62,000 bases of DNA from Octopus vulgaris (lineage: Eukaryota). The position numbers were made by a program, and so were the translations under genes. The notes beneath the pieces are model-generated. The model was not told the origin of the DNA and did no database searches. It worked only from the letters and a program-made list of their open reading frames with translations. Where the stretch lies: contig OX597834.1 of the NCBI GenBank assembly GCA_951406725.2, forward strand, positions 39,948,001 through 40,010,000, written 5' to 3'. Shown here piece by piece: positions 24,672 to 36,920 of this stretch (position 1 is its first letter; each line of letters begins with the position of its first letter).

Positions 24672-25968
24672 ACGACAGAGGAACACAACTGCTTGGTGGA
24701 GGATCATAAGGTGCATGATGGGGGAACATGACTGCATGATGGAGGAATATAACATGAAAGGGAGCACAACTGCATGACAGGGAAACACAGCTGCATGATG
24801 GGGGAACACAGCTGCACAACGGGGGAACACAGCTGCATGACAAGGAAACAGCTGTATGATGGGGGAACATAGCTGCATGATGGGGGAACATGACTGCATG
24901 ATGGAGGAACATAACATGATAGGGAGCACAACTGCATGACAGGGAAACACAGCTGCATGATGGGGGAACACAGCTGCACAACGGGGGAACACAGCTGCAT
25001 GCCAAGGAAACAGCTGTATGATGGGGGAACATAGCTGCATGATGGGGGAACATGACTGCATGATGGAGGAACATAACATGATAGGGAGCACAACTGCATG
25101 ACAGGGGAACACAGCTGCATGATGGGGGAACACAGCTGCACAACGGGGGAACACAGCTGCATGACAAGGAAACAGCTGTATGATGGGGGAACATAGCTGC
25201 ATGATGGGGGAACATGACTGCATGATGGAGGAATATAACATGATAGGGAGCACAACTGCATGACAGGGAAACACAGCTGCATGATGGGGGAACACAGCTG
25301 CACAACGGGGGAACACAGCTGCATGACAAGGAAACAGCTGTATGATGGGGGAACATAGCTGCATGATGGGGGAACATGACTGCATGATGGAGGAATATAA
25401 CATGATAGGGAGCACAACTGCATGACAGGGGAACACAGCTGCATGATGGGGGAACACAGCTGCACAACGGGGGAACACAGCTGCATGACAAGGAAACAGC
25501 TGTATGATGGGGGAACATAGCTGCATGATGGGGGAACATGACTGCATGATGGAGGAATATAACATGATAGGGAGCACAACTGCATGACAGGGAAACACAG
25601 CTGCATGATGGGGGAACACAGCTGCACAACGGGGAACACAGCTGCATGACAAGGAAACAGCTGTATGATGGGGGAACATAGCTGCATGATGGGGGAACAT
25701 GACTGCATGATGGAGGAATATAACATGATAGGGAGCACAACTGCATGACAGGGGAACACAGCTGCATGATGGGGGAACACAGCTGCACAACGGGGAACAC
25801 AGCTGCATGACAAGGAAACAGCTGTATGATGGGGGAACATAGCTGCATGATGGGGGAACATGACTGCATGATGGAGGAATATAACATGAAAGGGAGCACA
25901 ACTGCATGACAGGGGAACAGCTGCATGATGGAGGAATAGCTGTATGGTGGGGGAACATGACTGCATGA
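24672..25968. repeat. Higher-order minisatellite: ~8 x 162-bp units, each built from eight 17-21-bp monomers
   Basis: Marker ataacatga at 24749, 24911, 25073, 25235, 25397, 25559, 25720, 25881; monomer ctgcatgatgggggaacacag. Confidence 0.95.
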
Positions 25969-26042
25969 CCAATATCTACAAAAATGATACAAAGATTTAA
26001 TGTTGCTGTTGCCCTAGTAGTAGTAGTAGTAGTAGTAGTAGT

Positions 26043-26077
<35 letters not shown>

Positions 26078-26080
26078 TAA

Positions 26081-26120
<40 letters not shown>

Positions 26121-27149
26121 TGCTGTTGTTGTTGTTGTTCTGCTTGTTTACACTGCAACAGACACAGATGACTGATACCTGTTCAGAAATTTCACCAGTA
26201 AAGAGAGAGACATCTAGATTTTAAAGAGAGAACAGACACAGTATGGCTTTGAAATGCACAAAAGCAAATATTTTCACTCTTGTTAAGCTGTTTTTTTGCA
26301 AACCATTGCAAAGAAAATATCAGAAGAATTCCGAACAGAGACTCCAGTTCGTAATGCAAACTGCAGAAACTTCTCTTATAATCGGTCCTTGTCTCCATAC
26401 ATAAACATCTTGAGAAGACAGCATTACTTGACAGGAATTCCATCACAGAATTGTCTCCATTCGTTCTTCGGTGTATTATGACAGCACTAAGTATATAAAT
26501 GGACATCTGTGTTGTGTTTATATATGACAAAGGAAATGATTCTATCGTGGTCATTACCACGAACAACATCGTCAGTTTAATGTCCTCTTTTCCAGACTTG
26601 CATGGGTTGGACAGAATTTATTGAGGCAGATTTTTCTATGGCTTGATGCCCTTCTAGTTGCTAACCCTTACCTGTTTCCAATCAAGGTAATATTTCCTAG
26701 ACATGTTATGTTTTCACAGAGTAATGGAAATGAATGACAACCATTTCCAACAACCATGTGATTTCAAGACAAGGAGACACACACACACAAACATTATCTT
26801 ACATACACAAACACATATTTCTTGCTGCTATAGACACAAGGCTTGATATTTTCAGTGGAGGGGATAATCAATTCCATCAACATCAGTGCTGAACTGGTAC
26901 TAATTTCGTTGACCCCAAAAGAATAAAAGCCAAATTTGAACTTGATTGAATTTGAACTCAAAACATAAAGACAGATGAAATGTTACTAAGCATTGTGTCT
27001 GGAGTGATAACGACCCTGCCAGCTCCACAGTGATCGATAAAAAATTATTTATTTATAGGTTAAGTCCACCATTGGTTTCATGTTAAGAGAAAGCCCTTAA
27101 CAATTATCAAGCCTGCCACATGGAACATTGGTGTTTGATGTTTGTCTCC

Positions 27150-27186
<37 letters not shown>

Positions 27187-27817
27187 CACACACAGATATA
27201 TACATATATAAGACAAGCGTCTTCCAGTTTCCGTTGACCAAATCCACTCACAAGGTATTGGTCAGCCTGAAACTATAGTAGAAGACACTTGCCCAAGGTG
27301 CCATGCAGTGGGACTGAACCTGGTACTATGTGGTTGGGAAGCAAGCTTCTTACCACACAGCCAAGCTGGCACCTATTAGAAAATAATTTTACAAATATTT
27401 TCTTATTTGTGAGAAGAAAAGAAAAATTTATCTTACATAAAAATTCTTTAAATCATTTTACTACCAAAATTCACAGAATTTTATTAGAATTTAGTCAATG
27501 TGCAACAGATAGTGAAAGGAAAACCCCAGTTCTTGCAGCAGTAACAGGGAACTTTGTTCTTGCTTCACGTTACCAAGTTTTTATAAAAACATACGGCTGG
27601 AGGCTTCGTACATCCGCAAAATAATGATAAATCATACCCCCGCCTCTCTTTAATGTCTGAGAGATGCAATGTAACACCAGAATATCATTGCTGAGTATCG
27701 CTTTCCTCTTCTCTTCCAGTTATCTACTGTAGGGAATTTAGAATTGCAGGGATCGAGTGTTTAGTCACTTTGTTTTTGAAGTCATCAGGGTTATCCTGAC
27801 CTTTCTGGGAGAAGATA

Positions 27818-27871
<54 letters not shown>

Positions 27872-27930
27872 GACAGGCTTTTTTCGGTTTCCACCCAACG
27901 GATCTATTCACAGGGCTTTAATCAGCTATA

Positions 27931-28330
27931 TTCTTTTATTCTTTTATTCCTTTACTTGTTTCAGTCATTCAACTGTGGCCATGCTGGAGCACCACATTTA
28001 GTCGAAGAAATTGACCCCAGGACTTATTCTTTGCAAGCCTAGTACTTATTGTATCAGTCTTTTGCCGAACTGCTAAGTTATGGGGGCGTAAATACACCAA
28101 CATCAGTTGTCAAGCGATGGTGGTAGGGACAAACAGACACACAAACATATACATATATATACATATATACAACGGGCTTCTTTCAGTTTCCATCTATCAA
28201 GTCCACTCACAAGGCTTTGGTCGGTCTAAGGCTATAGTAGAAGACACTTACCCAAGGGGCCACGCAGTGGGACTGAACCTGGAACCATGTGGTCGGTAAG
28301 CAAGCTACTTACCACACAACCAAACCTGCA
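27931..28330 (-). mobile_element. Full-length SINE family A
   Basis: Colinear with 5941-6364 and 22185-22578. Confidence 0.9.
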
Positions 28331-28346
28331 CTATATATATATATAC

Positions 28347-28665
28347 ATGGCTTAGTGGTTAGGATGGTTAGCTCACAATCATAAGGTCCTGAGTTCAATA
28401 CATGGTGGTGTGATGTGTCCTTGAGCAAGACATTTCATTTTTCATCGCTCCTGTCCACTCACTTGGCAAAAATGAGTAGTACCAGTAATTCAAAGGGGGG
28501 TCAGCCTTATCCTATACCCTGTCACCCTGAATCCCCCTGAGAACTACTTTAAGGGTACACATGTCTGTGGAGTACTCAGCCACTTGCATGTTAATTTCAC
28601 AAGGAGGCTTTCCCATTGATCCAACCAAGTAGTACAGTCATCGTCATAACCAATGGAGTGCCAGC
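28347..28665 (+). mobile_element. SINE family D
   Basis: catggcttagtggttagg head, gagttcaat B-box, family D body. Confidence 0.82.
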
Positions 28666-31089
28666 AGTTTAAATACATTCATAAATGTGAGTGTGTGTAT
28701 GTGTGTACCCTTGTTTAGACATCACACAAGGGTTGTAAATGTGGTCGTACAGTACAAGTGAGGGGGTTTATTTGCAATCTTCTATAAAAAAAAAAAACAT
28801 GTCTGGCCATGGGGAAATATTACCTTGCTTAGAAACAGATAAGGGTTAGTGACAGGAAGGGCATCCAGCTTTAGAAAAAATCCCTCTCAACAAATTCTTT
28901 CTGACCCATGTCGACACAAGAAAGTGAAAGTAAGATGATTATGACGATGATGATGATGACAATGTTGCTGCTGCTGTTGTTGTTGTTAAGCAACAAGACA
29001 GGTAAGGGTGATTAGGTGATGGTCTAGGGCTTAGGGGTGAGAGACCCCAGACCTTGGGAAAAAAAAAAAACTTTGGTCGTCTTGTTGTAGTCCAGGGCTC
29101 CTCGTTGACGCCCTGGGAGGTGACCCTCGATTTCGCTGGAAATGGAGATCTCCAGGTCCAAATTCTTGAACGGCTGCTGCTGCTGGTGGTGGTGGTAGGG
29201 GTAATGATGGTAGTGATGGTGAGAGACATGCATGCATCTCGGATCAACAATATTTCATCTCCTTTCCATATATGGACAACCTTCATGAATTAAATATACG
29301 TCTGACTTATCAGCATTGTTGTTAATGCTTATTTCATTTACTTTACAAATGTCGCTAGTCTCGTTTCTTCTGTTATCTCAAAGAAGAAAAAACTAAGAAC
29401 AAAAAAAAGAAAAAACCCAGAAAAACTAAAGAAAAAAAAGACAGACAGAACTGGAAATTATAAACCATGGAAACTACTTCTACTACTTAATATTGGTGCT
29501 GCCACCTGGTGACGGTGAGGGGTAGATTATTATTATTATTATTATTATCATTTTCTTTTTGGTTGGCTTGCACATGTGCATTCAGCAGTCAGCTGTGAAA
29601 CAAGCTGAAAATTGTAAGAAGCTGAAGGCAAGAATGATTTCGAGTGATTGCAGAACATATGCTGTTGTTTTTAGATTCTACTCTCGGTTGTTGAAGAAGA
29701 ATCTTGCTATCATCGTGTAACGAGATGTTCCAAACCAAACCAAACCCTGCCATCATTGCTGCCACACTGAGATAAAAGAAAACTGACTTCAATAAAGTCA
29801 GCCCTACTTTACAAATAATTATATTCCTTCTAGATAGAAAGATAACGGCCCCCAAAAAACATAGACAAAATAAAATGGGAGATAATAACCAATCTTTATA
29901 TATATATATATATACATTCAGAGAGAGAGATTTAATACACATAAATATACACACACACACGTGTATGTGTGTGTATTTATGTGAGTGTATAAATATATAT
30001 ATATATGTAATAATAATGATAATAATAATAATTTACCTAGAACTAAATAAAGTATATGTATATATATATATATATACTCAGAGGGAGAGATTTTATACAC
30101 ATACACACACACATTTATATATATGTATATATGCATGTGTGTGCATGTATATATGTATATATATATATGTATACACACTCACACACACAAAGATTAGATA
30201 GATAGCTATTTCAGTAATTACAAGATTTATTTAAAGAAATACCTAACGTGTATGTATATGTATGTATATATATAATATACACACTAACAGATAACTTTTA
30301 TAGGAAAGCTTATCTGCTAGACTGGCTGCAGTGGCTTAAACCAGTAAGAATATATTGATGAGGAATGATTTGAGTAACAGAAATCAAACCATGGACAGAA
30401 TCATTGGTATGCTGGACGAAACGCTTAGCAGCATATAATCCATCTAAGTTCTGAGTTCAAATTCTGCCAAGGTCAATTTTACCTTCCATCGTTTCAGGGT
30501 CGATAAATTAAGTACCAGTGAAACACTGGGGTTGAGGTAATCAACTAACCCCTCTCCCAAAATTCCAGGCCTTGTGCCTATAGTAGAAAGGATCATTATT
30601 ATTATTATGGAAGACAGCAAGCTGGCAGAATCGTTAGCACACTGGTTGAAATGCTTAGCGGTATTTCGTCTGCCCGTTATGTTCTGAGTTCAAATTCTGC
30701 CGAGGTTGACTTTGCCTTTGTGTGTCTGTGTTTGTCGTCCCCAACATCACTTGACAACCGATGCTAGCGGTTCGGCAAAAGAGACCAATACAATAAGTAC
30801 TGGGCTTACAAAGAATAAGTCCTGGGGTTGATTTGCTCAACTAAAGGCGGTGCTCCAGCATGTCCGCAGTCAAATGACCGAAACAAGTAAAAGAGAAAAG
30901 AGAAAGAGAGGTCTGATCTGACCAGTTTGAACAAAAAGCAGGTAGAACATATGGGCCAGGTCCTTTAAATGCTGAAGGGTTAAATTTTAGGTGCTAAAGG
31001 GTTAAACAAAATGTCTGACATATTTTGTTTAGTCACAAGTCACATGTGATCAACAGGACTTCTTGAAACACCATCTGAATGAAAAATGA

Positions 31090-31508
31090 CCTATTTCTTT
31101 ATTGCCCACAAGAGGCTAAACACAGAGGAGACAAACAAGGACAGACAAACGGATTAAATCGATCATATCGACTCCAATGCGTAACTGGTACTTATTTAAT
31201 CGACCCTGAAAGGATGAAAGGCAAAGTCGACCTCGGCGGAATTTGAACTCAGAACATAACAGCAGATGAAATACCTATTTCTTTATTACCCACAAAGGGC
31301 TAAACACAGAGGGGACAAACAAGGACAGACATAGGTATTAAGTCGATTACATCGACCCCAGTGCATAACTGGTACTTAATTTAATCGACCGCGAAAGGAT
31401 GAAAGGCAAAGTCGACCTCGGCGGAATTTGAACTCACAACGTAACACAGACGAAATACCGCTAAGCATTTCGCCCGGCATGCTAACGTTTCTGCCAGCTC
31501 GCCGCCTT
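31090..31508 (-). mobile_element. Young SINE family B (dimeric)
   Basis: CpG-intact head aaggcggcgagctggcagaaacgttagcatgccgggcgaaatgc; the body is repeated twice. Confidence 0.9.
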
Positions 31509-31514
31509 ATTTTT

Positions 31515-31617
31515 AAGATGGAATGCTTCACGATTTACGTGTCATCCTTGCCGAGGGGCCATACTAATCTTCTCTGTATCATTCCAATTTTAGTATATGT
31601 ATTGCCAAAGCAATGAA
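31515..31617 (-). pseudogene. RNU6 (pseudogene): U6 snRNA pseudogene (retrocopy-like)
   Basis: Minus strand ttgctttggcaatacatatactaaaattggaatgatacagagaagattagtatggcccctcggcaaggatgacacgtaaatcgtgaagcattcc aligns end to end to metazoan U6. ACAGAGA box intact, catalytic AGC triad changed to AGT, several CpG-decay changes, no oligo-T terminator, no obvious TATA upstream. Confidence 0.9.
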
Positions 31618-32062
31618 GAATGAAAAATTACCTTCAGTTCTTTAAGCAGTTTGGCCTGCCTGACACTGAATCACATCTCAAGTGGCTCACTTTTCCAAAA
31701 AGTTTGCCCATACCAGATTAAGTTCCTTTGTTTTTTATTCCAATATTCAGTTGTATTGATACATATACAGAAGAAGTACTCAATACCTCCTAAATGTGCA
31801 CTAGGTTCAAATCAGTTTATTTTACATCCTCCTCCACTCTTACAAAAAAAAAGCCAGCTTTGTTTGTGACTAGTAAAAATAAACAAAATACACAGAAAAA
31901 CACAGACACACAACAAAAAAAGAAAATCGATATATTTAATTATATATAGGAATTAATTAATATTGTAAAGGTGGGGGGAATGAGGCTAAATTTGGGGTGG
32001 CTGGGTAAAAATGGTGGTTGTGTGAGAAGGAGTGACTGTAAGGAGAGTGGCTGTGTAAGACA

Positions 32063-32180
32063 GGGTGGCTGTGAGAGGAGAAACTCTGAAAAGGGGTGGC
32101 TGTGAGAGGAGAAACTCTGAAAAGGGGTGGCTGTGAGAGGAGAAACTCTGGAAAGGGGTGGCCTCTGGAAAGGGGTGGCT
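32063..32180. repeat. 31-bp tandem repeat, ~3.5 copies
   Basis: gggtggctgtgagaggagaaactctgaaaag at 32063, 32094 and 32125. Confidence 0.9.
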
Positions 32181-32198
32181 ATATAAAGCTGTAAGAGT

Positions 32199-32239
<41 letters not shown>

Positions 32240-32940
32240 TATACATATATATATATGTATATAGGGCAATGCAAAGCATACTGTATGAGGGGGTGGGGTA
32301 GCTGTGTGTGGAGGGTGGCTTTTATAAAAGGGGTGGCTGTGAGGTGATGACAGGAATGCAGTGATGGCTGTAGTTGCTGTGTCACCAACTCCTTTGTACT
32401 CTTCCCTCCACCCTCATCAATTCATCATTAACATAAATAAATAGGAGACACACCCACCCACCCCCACCCGCCGGGGGTGGGTGGGAGTAGTTAGATTTCA
32501 AGTTAAGATTAGAGACAGAGATGGCAGCAGGGTGGGGTGAAGAGATTGATAATGGTGGTGGTGGTGGTGGTCTTGGGAGGATGGACTGAAGACTGGAGTC
32601 AATGAGGACAACAACAACAACAACAACAACGGCGATGCCACAGTGGTGGTGATGAAGATGGTGGTGGCGGTGATGATCTTATGGATGGAGGCAAGAAAGC
32701 TTGGATGTATATGAGGGGCGAGGGGGGGAGGAAAGGGGCAACGTACAGAGGTAGAAAATGGGTAGGGGTAGAAGGAGTAGGGACAAAGGGATGGGAGGTC
32801 AGTGTCCTTAGCAACAGAGGTGGACAGATAATTGGTAAGATTAGGGTTGAATAATAATTGGTTAATGGGGTCAGACAGAGAATGTGAGGGAAAGTGAGAG
32901 AGGAGAAAAGGGGAAAGAGAAGAGATTAAGCTAGAGGCAG

Positions 32941-32972
<32 letters not shown>

Positions 32973-32975
<3 letters not shown>

Positions 32976-33190
32976 ACATAAGGGACTAAAGCCATCTGAA
33001 TATGGCTAGGGACAGGGCAGTGGTGGGGTGTTACTGTTGCATTTAGCCCCAGGCGAACATCGACGTCACCAGAAAGGCTCGCGAGCCTTTCTGGTGACGT
33101 CGATGTTCGCCTGGGCAAATGCAACAGTAAACCCCCACCACCCTGCCCTGTCCCTAGCCATATTCAGATGGCTTTAGTCCCTTATGTTAT
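32973..33190. repeat. 218-bp spacer-less inverted repeat (fold-back palindrome)
   Basis: 109-bp arms centred on ggctcg|cgagcc (33081/33082); outer 48 bp and inner 34 bp perfectly complementary. Confidence 0.97.
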
Positions 33191-33226
33191 CGAGCAGTTA
33201 CTGTCTATATCCCTTTTAGAGAATTA

Positions 33227-33311
<85 letters not shown>

Positions 33312-33492
33312 AATTTATTCTTTTACTTGTTTCGGTCATCTGAACAAATGGCGATCCCTGGACACTTCTTTAGTTGAACAAATCAATCCCAGGACTTGTT
33401 CTTTCAGCCGCCTTTGCCGTACCAGTAAGTTACAAGGACCTGAACACGCCAGCATCGGTTGTCAAGTGATGGTGGGGTGGGGGGTCAAAAAG

Positions 33493-33526
<34 letters not shown>

Positions 33527-33584
33527 GATGGGCTTCTTTCAGTTTCCATCTACCAAATCTATCCACAAGGCTTTGGTCAACCCA

Positions 33585-33671
33585 AGGCTAAAGTAGAAGA
33601 CACTGGCCCAAGGTGTCACACAGTAGGACCAAAGCCTTGTGAGTGGATTTGGAAACTGAAAGAAGCCTGTC

Positions 33672-33706
<35 letters not shown>

Positions 33707-34833
33707 ATCACCATTTGACAACTAGTGTTTATGTGTTTACATCATTGTAACTTAGTAGTTCGGCAAAAGAGACTGATAGAATAAGTCCTGCGGTTGATTA
33801 GTTTGACAAAAAAATCCTTCAAGACGGTGCTCCAGCATGGCCACATGTGTGTATGTGTAGGGGTTGTGTGTGTGGGGAATAACTGTACTTTACATTGTGT
33901 ATGTGTGCGTGTGTGCTTGTATGTGCGTATTTGTGTATACATGTATGTATATTTGTGTGCGTGTATGTATGAGTGTGTGCTGTGTGTATGGGAGGTATGT
34001 GTGGGTTTATTTGCATGTGCGTGTATGTATGTGCATGTATGTATGTGCGTGTCGTATGTGCATGTAGTTGTGTGTGTGTATGTGTGTTCATGTGTGCATA
34101 TGTGGGTGTACATACGTGGGGTTGTGAGTGTCAGGTATGTGTGCATTCGTGTTTGTTTTTCTGGTTGGATGCCCTTCTTTACACCAACCTCCCCGTAGTG
34201 AGGGCTGAATGGTTTTTACGTGGCACAAGCACAAGGGAGGTCAGTTTTGGCATGGTTTTTACAGCTGGGTGCCCTTCCAAATGCCAGCCACTTTACAGTG
34301 AGGACTGGATGCATTTTACGTGGCACCAGCACCGGTAGGGTCACCAAGTAACTTTCAAAGACAAGGAATCTTTGAGAGGGGGAGGTGGCACTGGAGGAGG
34401 TGGTCTTGTGTCAGATGATGAAAAGTTAGAGTGTGACACAGAGACAGAAAGAGCTGTCTTGCTGTTGAGGAGGCACATAGTTACCCAGCAAGAGAGAGAG
34501 AGAGAGGAAGAGAGAAAGAGGGAGAGACTGGTTTCTTTCAATTTCTGTCTACCAAATCCACTCAGAAGGCTTTGGCTAGCCTGAGGTGCCATTCCCCACA
34601 CACACAACCCCTACACATACACACATGTGGCCATGCTGGAGCACCGTCTTGAAAGATTTTTGTCAAACTAATCAACCCCAGGACTTATTTTATTGGTCTC
34701 TTTTGCCGAACTACTAAGTTACAATGATGTAAACACATCAACACAAGACAGGCTTCTTTCAGTTTCCAAATCCACTCACAAGGCTTTGGTTCTACTGTGT
34801 GACACTTTGGGCCAGTGTCTTCTACTTTAGCCT
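33585..34833. repeat. Local inverted duplication (arms 33585-33880 and 34591-34833) built from SINE A pieces
   Basis: Arms share private junctions, deletions and the non-SINE flank ccacatgtgtgtatgtgtaggggttgtgtgtgtggggaat. Confidence 0.85.
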
Positions 34834-34897
34834 CGGGTCGAACCCAGAACTATATGGTTGGGAGACAAGCTTCTTACCACACAGCCACACCTGCACC

Positions 34898-34943
<46 letters not shown>

Positions 34944-34956
34944 GCTATAATTATTA

Positions 34957-35180
34957 AGGCAGTGAGCTGGCAGAATTGTTAACATACAGGGCAAAAATGC
35001 TCAGCAGTATTTCATCTGTCCTTACGTTCTGAGTTCAAATTCCACCAAAGTTGACTTTGCCTTTCATCCTTTCAGCACCGATAAATTAAGTACCAGTGAT
35101 ACACTGGGGGCGATGTAATCGACTAGTCCCCCTCCTCCAAAATCTTCAGGCCTTGTGCTTTTAGTAGAAAGGTTTATCAT
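34957..35180 (+). mobile_element. SINE family B (short form)
   Basis: gagctggcagaattgttaac...gagttcaaattcc...caggccttgtgc..tagtagaaagg tail. Confidence 0.82.
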
Positions 35181-35549
35181 TATAATTATTATTAGTATCG
35201 TAATTATTATTCCTTTAATTATGATCTTTTGTCATTGGTGTTTCTCTTCTTTTAGGATTTTACAAGCAAAGAACAATAACGAAGCATGCTGGGAAGTATA
35301 ATGGTAGATTCTTTCAGCTCCGCAGATCAAAAGAAACAGAAGCAACAAACACAACATCCGCTACAACAACAACAACAACAGCATCAACACCATCAACAAA
35401 ACTCCATTTATAGACAATAATGTTTGTTTTGAAGATTGTCTGTTTTGGTTGGAACCTGAACTATGTTTTGTTCTTCAGGGATTATTTCATGTTATTCCAT
35501 CCCCTTCGCCCCCACCGGCTCCACCTTTCCCAGATTTCTTCCACTGACG

Positions 35550-35557
35550 ACACCACC

Positions 35558-35588
<31 letters not shown>

Positions 35589-36035
35589 ACAACCTTCTCC
35601 ACCATCCTCAAGAGTTCTTTACAATCCTGCCGCTAACATCACCATCTCCACCACCACCACCATCATCATCATCTCCACCACCACCACCATCACCATCATC
35701 TCCACCACCACCATCATCTCCACCACCACCACCACCACCATCATCTCCACCACCACCACCACCACCACCACCATCTCCACCACCACCACCACCACCATCA
35801 TCTCCACCACCACCATCATCTCCCCCACCACCGTCATCTCCACCACCACCATCACCATCATCTCCACCACCACCACCACCATCATCATCACCACCACCAC
35901 CACCACCATCATCATCCCCACCACCACCACCACCATCTCCACCACCACCACCATCATCTCCACCACCACCGCCATCATCTCCACCACCACCACCACCACC
36001 ATCATCCCCACCACCACCACCACCACCACCATAAA
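35550..36035. repeat. (CCA)/(TCA) trinucleotide low-complexity tract
   Basis: Direct inspection; source of the poly-P and poly-G ORFs. Confidence 0.93.
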
Positions 36036-36549
36036 CCATTGGACTTCTTCCCGCCCACCCTACACCCACCCCTTATACCATTCCCTTGGAACATTCTGTA
36101 ATATTCTCATTACTAATTAACTCAGGATTAATGAGGTATTTATTACTAATTAACCCCGAGATCAACGAGATTTTTATTTCCTTTCTGTAATATCGAGTTT
36201 GTTAATTTATTGTTTGTTTGTTTGTTTCTATAAATTTTGGCTCATTTGCATATTTATATATATAATTATATATTTATTCATATTTTTTTAATTGATATTA
36301 CTATCATTATGGAGTCCCCAAACACTGGATCTTTAGGAAATGTTTCCTCGAATTTATTAACTAAGAAATAGAGTGAGACACAGAGAGAGAGGGAGAGAGA
36401 GGGTGTGTGTGTGTGTCTTTCTATCTGTGTTTGTCCCCCACCACTGTTTGGCAACTGGTGTTGATGTGTTTATGTCTACATATTGTAGCAGTTCAGCAAA
36501 AGAGACTGATAAAATAAGTACCAGGCTTAAAAAAAAATAAATAAGTACA

Positions 36550-36920
36550 GACGACTGGCAAGCCAGAAGGCTGCACCAGGCTCCAATCTGAGCTGGCAAG
36601 GTTTCTACAGCTGGATGGCATTTCGTAACACCAACCACTCCGAGAGTGTAGTGGGTGCTTTTTACATGCCACCGCCATGAGGACCACTCAGGCAGTACTG
36701 GCATTGACCATGCTTCAATGGTGCCTTTTACGTGCCACCAGCACAGGAGCAAGTCAGGTGGCACTGGCAACAACCATGTTTAAATGGTGCTTTTTACATG
36801 CCACTTGCATGGGAGCTGGTCAGGCCACACTGGCAATGACCATGCTCAAATGGTGCTTTTTATGTGCCACCAGCACAGGAGCCAGTCAGGCGACACTGGT
36901 AACGGCCAAGCTTGAGCAGT
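36550..36920 (-). mobile_element. Family C retroposon with ~63-bp internal tandem subunits
   Basis: Repeated tggtgctttttacatgccac...ggcactggcaa..accatg. Confidence 0.72.

Noticed and set aside
24648-25992. Three 420-440-aa Cys/His/Pro-rich minus-strand ORFs as a protein gene
   Set aside because: All three frames are open simply because the monomer has no stop on that strand; 161-bp units shift frame without consequence, and there is no codon-level constraint or splice signal. Kept only as a repeat finding.
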